Origin: Candidatus Latescibacterota bacterium
GTDB lineage: Bacteria; Latescibacterota; UBA2968; UBA8231
Direction: 5' to 3'
Length of the DNA stretch: 64,000 nt
Assembly: GCA_965206595.1 (NCBI GenBank)
Contig: OZ242214.1
Location: 2,624,001 to 2,688,000, forward strand
The translations under genes and the position numbers were made by a program. This document shows, in pieces, positions 10,788-18,354 of the stretch (the stretch's first letter is position 1; every line of letters begins with the position of its first letter). The notes under the pieces were generated by a model, which saw nothing but the letters and a program-made list of their open reading frames with translations, was not told where the DNA came from and made no database searches.

Positions 10788-10816
10788 TTGACTAATAATC
10801 TGTATAAGCGTATGTT
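10788..10816 (+). promoter_or_regulatory. Sigma70-type promoter
   Basis: TTGACT-17 nt-TATGTT; predicted start site ~10823-10824 coincides with the 5' end of a long RNA stem. Confidence 0.6.
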
Positions 10817-10823
10817 CTCATTC

Positions 10824-10961
10824 GGGACAATGGCCGTTTTCGAAAACCCGACTTGGTCGGGTGCAGTGGGGAATACGATACCTGTTGGTACCGGACCAGA
10901 ACATCGCGTAACCGGAGCCAAGGGAATACCCATAGAACAGCCGGTAAACGGCCGTTGTTCC
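10824..10961 (+). ncRNA. Candidate structured ncRNA (four-way junction)
   Basis: 16-bp closing stem 10824-10839/10946-10961 (two G-U); hairpins at 10846-10862, 10874-10910 and 10911-10945. Confidence 0.55.
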
Positions 10962-11034
10962 AGCGCCCGGCCTGTCTCATGCGGAGACAGCCGCCATACC
11001 TCCCACTTGGGACTGGGGGGAAGGGGACAACGAA

Positions 11035-11601
11035 ATGAGGCGCATAATTGCAGTAGTGTTCGGATTGGCACTATGGGGATGTGGCGATCAGACCCTATCT
11101 CCGGTAGCGCCGAAGCTTGTAGCAGAGGGAGATTCAACGGCAACAGATGCAGGAAACAATGCGGCACAGTGCGTCGTCGTAAATATTCAGGGCGACAACA
11201 TCCAAGTTCACGGAGCCTCGGATGTGAACATCGATACGGTAGCCGTGTCCACGGTAACGGACACCGTCGTAGTCCAAGCAGGGTTTTCGATGTTGTTGTT
11301 GGAGTTCCAGGGCTACAATGACAACAGTCTGGACTGGGTCTCCAATAGAGAAGGGTGGACTTACTGGGATGAGAGAATCTCGGAAGAGTCCGTACGTGGC
11401 GTGTTTATGGCTACTACCGAATGGCTCGAAGCCCCGCCTGCAGATTGGACGCCGTTCGATTCCTTTCCAGATGTGCAGGAAGAACATGAATTGACTGTTG
11501 GGGATGGTTACATCTTCGTCAAAGACCCCCAACAGGAATTTCAGCGTTACAGCGAAGGCAGCACGAGGATGGGTTACTATTTGGGGATTGTGCTATTTTA
11601 G
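11035..11601 (+). CDS. Hypothetical lipoprotein (transposon cargo)
   Basis: MRRIIAVVFGLALWGC lipobox. Confidence 0.7.
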   Translation: MRRIIAVVFGLALWGCGDQTLSPVAPKLVAEGDSTATDAGNNAAQCVVVNIQGDNIQVHGASDVNIDTVAVSTVTDTVVVQAGFSMLLLEFQGYNDNSLDWVSNREGWTYWDERISEESVRGVFMATTEWLEAPPADWTPFDSFPDVQEEHELTVGDGYIFVKDPQQEFQRYSEGSTRMGYYLGIVLF

Positions 11602-11612
11602 TAGGCAATGTC

Positions 11613-11657
11613 TAAGGTGCTTGCAGGGCAACGGTCTTTCCTCCTGCAAGCACCTTA
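11613..11657. repeat. Perfect 15-bp inverted repeat
   Basis: TAAGGTGCTTGCAGG (11613-11627) / CCTGCAAGCACCTTA (11643-11657), 15-nt spacer, abutting AAGGAG RBS. Confidence 0.85.
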
Positions 11658-11676
11658 AAAAGGAGAAAAGCAAACC

Positions 11677-11901
11677 ATGCCTAAGGGACCGAATGGACAA
11701 ACAAGGCCAGCAGGGGTCACTCAGTGTGCCGTGCACGTGGCCAGGATTGCCATTGGCGAAATCGAGGACACTGGTTACAAGCATCCTGTCCAAGCAGAGA
11801 ATGGAAGCAAGGGCGGGAAGGCTCGTGCTTCCATTCTGACGCCTGAGCGGCGTAGGGAAATTGCCAAGGCTGCTGCTGAAGCTCGATGGAAGACAACTTA
11901 G
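11677..11901 (+). CDS. Small basic protein of the type commonly found beside IS1-family transposases
   Basis: RBS AAGGAG; GSKGGKARASILTPERRREIAKAAAEARW motif. Confidence 0.75.
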   Translation: MPKGPNGQTRPAGVTQCAVHVARIAIGEIEDTGYKHPVQAENGSKGGKARASILTPERRREIAKAAAEARWKTT

Positions 11902-11904
11902 TTT

Positions 11905-12234
11905 GTGATTAATGAGGAAGGAAAAGAACGACAATTGATTTACGCCATTATTTCCCTCGACAACGAGAAATCAGAAGAAATCCATGAAGCAATTGCCAGC
12001 ATTAAATCGACTATCTCAGCTGAAACCGCAACAAAAAAATTCCGCCAAGTACAAAGCATTTATCAGCCTAATGACTTGCGTCATATCAGCTTTATAGCAT
12101 TTTCCGGCAGCGTAAATGAACTGTGCGACTTGCTTGGACTAATTGAAATAAAGCACCTTGCAGTTGCCTTAAGTCATATCGGAGGCAGGGGGTCAACCGA
12201 ATTGGTTAATTGGATAAAGGCATATAATGGCTGA
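11905..12234 (+). CDS. Hypothetical protein (cargo)
   Basis: Open AT-rich ORF packed between neighbours. Confidence 0.55.
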   Translation: MINEEGKERQLIYAIISLDNEKSEEIHEAIASIKSTISAETATKKFRQVQSIYQPNDLRHISFIAFSGSVNELCDLLGLIEIKHLAVALSHIGGRGSTELVNWIKAYNG

Positions 12235-12505
12235 CGGACAGGAGTTTGGTGGGGGGACAAAGAAGCTTACTGAAGGCGGAAGGGTCAATATAGAACTTAT
12301 TGAGCATCGGGTAAATGAAATCGCTAACGACACAAAACAGCAAGGAAAAGAAATCAATTCGATCAATATAATTGTCACAGAGATTAAGACGGGGATGATT
12401 ACGAGAAAGGAGATTTTTACAACTGGAGTTATCATTATGGCAAGTCTTTTGATCGCTGTTTTTGCAGCGTTCGTTGCCATTTTCTTTCAGAAAATAACCG
12501 CATAA
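12227..12505 (+). CDS. Hypothetical protein with coiled-coil-like segment and C-terminal TM helix
   Basis: Overlaps upstream stop; hydrophobic GVIIMASLLIAVFAAFVAIFF tail. Confidence 0.6.
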   Translation: MADGQEFGGGTKKLTEGGRVNIELIEHRVNEIANDTKQQGKEINSINIIVTEIKTGMITRKEIFTTGVIIMASLLIAVFAAFVAIFFQKITA

Positions 12506-12508
12506 CCC

Positions 12509-13414
12509 TCACGAAAACACCAAATCCTCGTCGTTGTAATCTCTTTCTCGCTTCTTGTATTTCTTCGGACGCTTTGGCTTCGGCGTCCGCTTGTCGATCA
12601 GCCCCACAATCCATTCCAGGCTCTTCTCTTCCTTGGTCAGCCCCGCTGCAACTGCTGGTGTGGTTTCAAGAGTCATGTGCGGCCGTACCCAGTTGTAGTA
12701 GGTGAAGAATAGGTGGAGCATATACCTGTGGTTCTCAAGTTTCTTTGAGAACCCGTTTGTCTTTCGTGTATAGCGGCGCATACCCATACGCATGGTAAGG
12801 TTCATGCGCTCAACGTATGATGTGCCCCCTTCTTCGCTGTCGCCGATAACGATCACCTTTTCGGTTTCCGTTACGGTGGAGTTGCTATATCCTGCTCCAT
12901 CGTCGTACCCGTACGACTTCACAAGTTGGGTATAGTTGACGCGGTTCCCGAATGTACTATGGACAGCCTCGGGGTAAGCGCCAAAGGCATCGGATGTGAT
13001 TTGGACCTTGGGTTTTCGGGGCAGGATGATCTTCCCCTTCAACTTACCCATGAAGCGTTTGGCCGTTGTCAGGTTCCTGCCACCAACTTCCCAAGCAATC
13101 ATCAACTTGGTGTCGGGATCGAGTGCCGTCCATGTCCAAATGCTTCCAGCCTGAGAAGGCGCGGCTTGCGCTTGCGGGACATTCTTCTCTTTGGCATGGA
13201 GAAATGACCATATTTCATCCAATTCTACGCGCGCACACCTGATTCGGCGTGCATGCACTGCCTCATAGATGCTGCAAGCCTTCCCCGCATCTACGAGCAG
13301 TTTTACCACCGAATTGACAGCACAATCAGCCGACCTGGATATGGAGCGGATCGATGCACCTTCTACCAGCATGGAGAGGATGGTAACTCGTTTATCTATT
13401 GACAGTTGTTTCAT
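12509..13414 (-). CDS. IS1-family DDE transposase
   Basis: N-terminal HTH (EGASIRSISR), VELDEIWSF, WTALD, ITSD, TSYVERMNLTMRMGMRRYTRKTNGFSKK; ATG 13414 after AAGGAG. Confidence 0.88.
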   Translation of the reverse strand: MKQLSIDKRVTILSMLVEGASIRSISRSADCAVNSVVKLLVDAGKACSIYEAVHARRIRCARVELDEIWSFLHAKEKNVPQAQAAPSQAGSIWTWTALDPDTKLMIAWEVGGRNLTTAKRFMGKLKGKIILPRKPKVQITSDAFGAYPEAVHSTFGNRVNYTQLVKSYGYDDGAGYSNSTVTETEKVIVIGDSEEGGTSYVERMNLTMRMGMRRYTRKTNGFSKKLENHRYMLHLFFTYYNWVRPHMTLETTPAVAAGLTKEEKSLEWIVGLIDKRTPKPKRPKKYKKRERDYNDEDLVFS

Positions 13415-13492
13415 TTCGTTGCTCCTTGACGTTAGTGAACAAAAAGGATACATTTATACACTATCAAAGGCCGAGGCATAGAAATGCCTCGT

Positions 13493-13584
13493 TGGCGGCG
13501 AGGGTGGGATTCGAACCCACGATGCCTCTCCCGAGACATGCCTGATTATAAGTCAGGTGCGTTTATCCACTCCGCCACCTCGCC
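13493..13584 (-). tRNA. tRNA with UAU anticodon (reads Ile AUA) on a serine-type class II body
   Basis: GGCGAGG/CCTCGCC acceptor stem, G73, encoded CCA, anticodon arm CCTGA-CTTATAA-TCAGG, 7-bp variable arm ATGTCTC-GGGA-GAGGCAT, T arm GTGGG-TTCGAAT-CCCAC. Confidence 0.93.
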
Positions 13585-13625
13585 CTTTGTCCCGCCGATT
13601 GCAGTCGGCGGTGATTCTTCCTGCT

Positions 13626-13657
13626 ACGGCGTCCCGCCAATCTCGGCGGGACGCCGT
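13626..13657. repeat. Perfect 13-bp hairpin in the tRNA leader region
   Basis: ACGGCGTCCCGCC-AATCTC-GGCGGGACGCCGT; a second hairpin CCGCCGA-TTGCAG-TCGGCGG lies at ~13592-13611. Confidence 0.8.
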
Positions 13658-13750
13658 TCTGTTTTTACCTGAACATAAATATACGAAATTTTCTGCTTAG
13701 CCGGAAGGGATTTCTCCCCAGGTTGGTTTACATAATGTGTCGATCTGGAC

Positions 13751-13789
13751 AAAAAAGAACCCGGCTCTTCACTGAGAGTCGGGTTCTTG
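13751..13789 (-). terminator. Rho-independent terminator of the SLATT-like gene
   Basis: AAGAACCCGACTCT/AGAGCCGGGTTCTT stem followed by a T run on the minus strand, just after the stop at 13808. Confidence 0.7.
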
Positions 13790-13807
13790 CGAGTGGAAGC
13801 AAGGATT

Positions 13808-14332
13808 TTAGACTGACTGACTTTCCTGTGCAACAAGAGTGTGAGGTCGGATGTCCCATAGCTGCTTGAATAGCCTTTGGTACCAACTCACCTTGGGAAA
13901 CTCACTTGGGTCGTTGCCCTGCGCTCGCATCATTTCAATATGACAGACTATATCCAGCACACGGAGTGGCTGAGGCTCCCTTGACTCGATGGCCAGCCGT
14001 TGTGCTGTGATGTCGGCCAGGAACCCTTGCAGATCGTCATCCTGCAAGTTTCTGCTTCTTTCCATCTGTTGTTGAAGTTGAATGAAGCCCTGCTTGAGTT
14101 CTCCGTGCAGCAAGGCTTTTTCGTTTACCCTGAAGACGAGCATGAATCCTAAAAGAGCAGCACTTGCCACAGAAATCGCATGGTGGCCTTCTATTACGGC
14201 ATAGATAGACAGCATAAAGGCGCCAAATAGAAACCAGTTATGCGCGGCCCTGAGAAAGGATTCGCGGTACGTATGATACCGAATAGATCGGCAGATGCCG
14301 AAATGGAGATTGTGGTAAACTGTGTCAGTCAT
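13808..14332 (-). CDS. SLATT-like two-TM protein
   Basis: RSIRYH..R..F, two TM helices, EKALLH..LK..F..L helical C-terminus; ATG at 14332. Confidence 0.6.
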   Translation of the reverse strand: MTDTVYHNLHFGICRSIRYHTYRESFLRAAHNWFLFGAFMLSIYAVIEGHHAISVASAALLGFMLVFRVNEKALLHGELKQGFIQLQQQMERSRNLQDDDLQGFLADITAQRLAIESREPQPLRVLDIVCHIEMMRAQGNDPSEFPKVSWYQRLFKQLWDIRPHTLVAQESQSV

Positions 14333-14513
14333 TTCCCTTCTTTTTTGGTGGGGGAGCCGGAGGTAATGTGTCGGAGATTGGCTCGGGGGCAATGTCGTCC
14401 CTAACTGCTCTCTTTTCTTGTTCCTCCGTGAGGATTTTTCTTTCTGTATCTGGCCGAGAAGGTGCAGGCTGCGTATCGGGTTTGGGTTCGGATGATCTGC
14501 GCTTGGATGCCAT
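14325..14513 (-). CDS. Small Pro/Lys-rich peptide overlapping the start of the SLATT-like gene
   Basis: 62 aa ending PPAPPPKKKGND; stop overlaps downstream start. Confidence 0.5.
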   Translation of the reverse strand: MASKRRSSEPKPDTQPAPSRPDTERKILTEEQEKRAVRDDIAPEPISDTLPPAPPPKKKGND

Positions 14514-14754
14514 TTCCCTTTTTCCTTAGTTCAATGACTGCTGAGACTGTTCACCCGGAAAATACTGAAAGCCTGCAACGGTGCAAAGAAGTTTCCTCTC
14601 CCCAGTCCCCCAAGGGGATTATTGGAGGGGTTAGCCCTCAATTCTGGGTGGGCGATCCGTCACCAGAAATGGTGACAGAATTTCAGACTGATACACTACC
14701 CCGCATTCTTGGTCAGCACCTGCACCTCATCTTACGGACCTTCTCAACATCCTT

Positions 14755-15132
14755 GGTGGGAAGGAATCGAACAAGCATCAGGACAAGAAGCTGAACGCCG
14801 GACGCGGGACCGTCGGCAAGCAGGCGGTCGTCGGGATCCGCAATCGCAAGACGAAGGAGATCCGGGCGGAGCTGGTCGGCGATACCAAGGCCGACACCCT
14901 GCAGAGCTTCGCGGCCGATTTCGTCGAGCAGGAAGCCGTCAAGTACACGGACGAATCACCGTCCTACGGGGGCATGAAGAACCACGCCAGCGTTAGCCAT
15001 TCCACCGGTGAGTACGTTCGCGAGATGGCCCACATCAACGGGATGGAGTCCTTCTGGGCCACGTTGAAGCGAGGCTACGCCGGAACCTTCCACCGTCGGC
15101 CGGCGAATTCATTAACGGACTTAATCCAGTAG
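14755..15132 (+). pseudogene. IS1595-family transposase internal fragment
   Basis: Not in the ORF track; frame from 14755 reads GGKESNKHQDKKLNAGRGTVGKQAVVG...YTDE...VSHSTGEYVREMAHINGMESFWATLKRG. Confidence 0.85.
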
Positions 15133-15134
15133 AT

Positions 15135-15347
15135 TTGGCAGAGTTAGATTCTGAGCTACAAAAGAGGAAGAGAGCGAGGAAAATGACGAATGAAGAAATA
15201 GGCAGCGCTGCAGAATCAGCGCTTCACCGTCGAACCAAGGCCAAGCGGATTTCGGAGATCTCCCGGTTGGTCAGTGCTCTCCGTGAGGCCCGGAAAGATT
15301 TCGACCAAGCTAATCAGCGCTTGGCTGACCTCGGATATCCTATCTGA
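15135..15347 (+). CDS. Hypothetical protein (IS1595 cargo)
   Basis: Short helical ORF following the transposase remnant. Confidence 0.4.
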   Translation: MAELDSELQKRKRARKMTNEEIGSAAESALHRRTKAKRISEISRLVSALREARKDFDQANQRLADLGYPI

Positions 15348-15350
15348 TCA

Positions 15351-15513
15351 CATGAGCCAGGATAATCAGAAGCAGCAGAAGCAGAAGCCAGGTCGCCCCG
15401 AGCGCCTCATGTCATTCGACGGCACCGCGGAGGAGTTAGCCCAGGCGCTGTTCGCCCGGGCCCGAAAACCTGTCCGGCCTAAGCAAGAGCAGGAGGATGA
15501 GACTGAGAAATGA
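15351..15513 (+). CDS. Small hypothetical protein (IS1595-associated)
   Basis: MSQDNQKQ...GRPERLMSFDGTAEELAQALF; start approximate. Confidence 0.45.
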
Positions 15514-15528
15514 TCAGGGGAGGGTACT

Positions 15529-16119
15529 TTGGCGCGTAGAGCGGATCAAACGAAAGGCGTCTTTTGCCTTGAAACGCATAAGTGGTTTAACAGGAAGGAT
15601 GAGACCACGATTGAGCCCATCCTGGATCTACTGCGAAAACAGCAGGGGAGGAATTGGTCTTACCGCTACCGAGATGTCGCTACGGAAGCTGAATTCCGGT
15701 TCTTTCTTGGGGAATACCTGACACCCATATACGATAGCTTTCCCGTTCTGTACCTGGGATTTCATGGCGAAAATGATAGCATTATCCTTGCGGACAAAAC
15801 GGTCATGTCGCTGGACCGAATCCGACTCGCAATAAATGGCCGGTGCAATGAGCGGGTAATATACTTCGGTTCCTGCGGCACCATGAGCGTACATGGCAAA
15901 CGGCTGAAGTCGTTTTGCAAATCGACTGAGGCGCTAGCCGTATGCGGATTCAAGGAAGAAATCGATTGGTTGCAGGGGGCGGCCTTCGAGCTTCTTATCC
16001 TGGGAACGCTTCAGAGCGTGCCGTTTACTAAGGAGGGGATGGAAGAATTCGACCAACGCCTGAAGGCGCAATCGCCCGGTCTATACAGAAATCTCGGGTT
16101 CCGCTTGGAGACGGCCTGA
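15529..16119 (+). CDS. DUF6642-like protein (caspase/CHAT-like His-Cys pattern)
   Basis: GVFCLE, IEPILDLL, LYLGFHG, IYFGSC, VCGF...DW. Confidence 0.65.
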   Translation: MARRADQTKGVFCLETHKWFNRKDETTIEPILDLLRKQQGRNWSYRYRDVATEAEFRFFLGEYLTPIYDSFPVLYLGFHGENDSIILADKTVMSLDRIRLAINGRCNERVIYFGSCGTMSVHGKRLKSFCKSTEALAVCGFKEEIDWLQGAAFELLILGTLQSVPFTKEGMEEFDQRLKAQSPGLYRNLGFRLETA

Positions 16120-16142
16120 GCGCAGAACGTGCACATGGCGGC

Positions 16143-16184
16143 GTAAACCGGCGGGGAGCCGGTTTACCATCGTATATAATTCCC
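16143..16184 (+). mobile_element. Probable IS1595 right end preceded by a hairpin
   Basis: GTAAACCGGC/GCCGGTTTAC hairpin, then GTATATAATTCCC, after which the type ISP fragment starts abruptly. Confidence 0.5.
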
Positions 16185-17095
16185 TTCGGAAGCCTATCGC
16201 ACAACCAAGCGCGTGCGCCGGCCCGAGGGGCAGGGGCTGAACGATCCCTACGTCAGATTCTTCCGCATGGCGGAACGGCGCATCGCCGAGAAGACGGGCC
16301 AAGGCGTGGTCTGTTTCATCTCCAACTATATCTGGCTCGACGGGCTGTCCTTCACCGGGATGCGGGAGCGCTACCTCGAAGCGTTCGACGCCATCCGCGT
16401 CGACTGCCTGAACGGCGACAAGTACAAGACCGGCAAAGTGGCGCCTGACGGCTCCCCGGACCCGAGCATCTTCTCCACCAAAGGCGATCCAGTCGGTATT
16501 CAAGTCGGAACTGCGATTACGACGCTGGTACGCAAAGCCGATCACGCCCCGGCCACCGAGATCGGCTTTCGCCATCTCTGGGGACAGGCCAAGCCTGCGG
16601 AGTTGACGGCGACAGCGGAGAAGGAACCGGACGCGCTCTACGACTCCATCGAGCCAGTCTTGCCGCTTGGTTTGCCGTTCGCACCAACTGCTGCAAGCGA
16701 GGATTGGTTCGGCTGGCCGGCGTTGCCAGATCTGTTCCCGGTTTCGTTTCCGGGCGTCAAAACCAGCCGCGACGGATTCCTTGTCGATACCGATCTGGAC
16801 CGCCTCAAGGCGCGCATTACCGAATACTTCGACGAAACTCTGAGCCACCATGAGATCGCCCGGCGCTACCCGGCGGTGATGAAGAGCACGGGACTATTTA
16901 ACGCCCGTGCGGTGCGCGATGCGCTGCTAGAACGGGGTGGACCGAATCGATTCTGGATTCATCCGCTTCGCCTATAGGCCGTTCGACAATCGCTGGCTCT
17001 ATTGGGAAGGGGAGAGCGCCCTGCTTGACCGCCCCCGCCTCGACTATCAACCGCATGTGTTCGGGGGGAATTTGTGGCTGTCTGCCGCCGAATCG
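16185..17095 (+). pseudogene. Type ISP-like restriction-modification enzyme fragment (MTase C-part/specificity domain)
   Basis: LNDPYVRFFR.AERRI, GVVCFISN..WLDG.SF.GMR, GIQVGTAI, YRPFD.RWLYW; frameshift ~16945; truncated at both ends. Confidence 0.8.
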
Positions 17096-17226
17096 GCCCC
17101 TCAATACGTCCGTCCGAAGCCGAAACGATGGCCGACTCCAGAGTTTCAGGACGGTGGTTCACGAACTCCTGGATCCACCCGGAGGCTTCCGCGTTCTCCG
17201 CGTTTCTGGGGGTACCTGGACATTAC

Positions 17227-17480
17227 CTACTCCCCATCCTGTCCGCGGGGAAGTCGTCCGCAAACAAGGAAGGAAAAGTCGGGCAGGTTCACCCAATCGT
17301 CCCGATTGAGATCAAATTGCCGGGGGGTGGTCCCGAAGGCGTCGGCGAATAGGAAGAAGTCGGCCAAATCCACATGGCCATCCTGGTTGAAGTCCGCCTG
17401 GGTCGGCCAAGTAAGCCCGGATTCTATCCCGTCCGTCACGGTGGCCACGTAGCCCCACTGGGCCAGAACATACTCCGGTC
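17227..17480 (-). pseudogene. Dockerin/EF-hand-like C-terminal remnant of a secreted protein
   Basis: ADFNQDGHVDLADFFLFADAFG...FDLNRDDWVNLPDF. Confidence 0.6.
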
Positions 17481-17904
17481 GTCGAAGGTTACCAATTCCC
17501 CCTCGGGATTTACATCGACAGTCACCCCGACCTCCCTGTAAATCCGGTAGCCGTCGGCGCCCGGGACCGAAAACCGAGTCATCCGCACTCGTCAAAAGGA
17601 TGAACGTCATTTCGGTTTACGGTGCTCCACAACTTGGCCCGCGACCCCGCCTCGACGGGAGGGCGGCGGCGGCCTTCCTTCGGAACGCCAGCGTCCTCCG
17701 TGAAACTTTGGGGAAACGAAAAAGGGATTGTCAAACTGGTGTTTGACAAACGGGCGTTTCCAATAGGTCAGCGGATCCCGCTACGCCGAAAAATAGTCTC
17801 CTGCTTGCCTCCCCCAACCCGGTAGTGGTGAGCCTAAGCCTTCTGAGCGGTCGGGTACATCCTTTACACCAGCGGATGCCTCCCTTGCTACTGACCCGCC
17901 GTAC

Positions 17905-18180
17905 CGCCCTGAGGTGCGTCCAGGGCTTGGCACCCCAGCAGGAAGCGGCTGTAGCCATCGACGACGGTCAGCGGGTAGCAGTAGCGGCCATCCAGGGTCT
18001 TGAACTGCCCCTTGGTGGGCTCGCAGAACTCGGCCGGCGCCGAGTCCGCGGCGTAGACACGAGGCCATTGCGTTTGAGGATGCCGCAGACGGTGGTGCCG
18101 CCGGCCAGGGGCGATGCGGCTGCGACCGCTGCAGGAGAGCCAGCAGCTTCTTGGCGCGCCCCATGTCGTGTGTTTTCGGC
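17905..18180 (-). mobile_element. IS481-family transposase remnant
   Basis: KGQFKTLDGRYCYPLTVVDGYSRFLLGCQAL and GRAKKLLALL...PWPAA segments. Confidence 0.7.
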
Positions 18181-18354
18181 GCGCCTAAGGTGGGCGGAAC
18201 TGTAATCTCGCTAAGGGGAAGAAATTGGTCAGTCGAATCGAGCGATTTGCAGACCACTGGGACCAAAACGCTCGCTCCTTTGTCCAGAGGCCCACAGCAG
18301 ATCCGGATAAAGATCAAATGACTTAACACACGAATCTCGGCGACGAGACACTAG

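Larger units (their letters stand above)
10739..14700. mobile_element. IS1-family (ISMhu11-like) cargo transposon, 3962 bp
   Basis: TIRs GGTAGTGTGTCAATCTGAAAT (10739-10759) and ATTTCAGACTGATACACTACC (14680-14700), 19/21 match; internal IS1-type transposase; lower GC than flanks; no TSD visible. Confidence 0.85.

Noticed and set aside
13493-13584. tRNA as an integration site (att) of an island
   Set aside because: No duplicated 3' tRNA fragment or integrase seen; the tRNA lies inside the TIRs.
17821-17840. GGTAGTG resembling the IS1 transposon end
   Set aside because: Only 7 nt match; no partner end or transposase. May be an unrelated IS end but cannot be supported.
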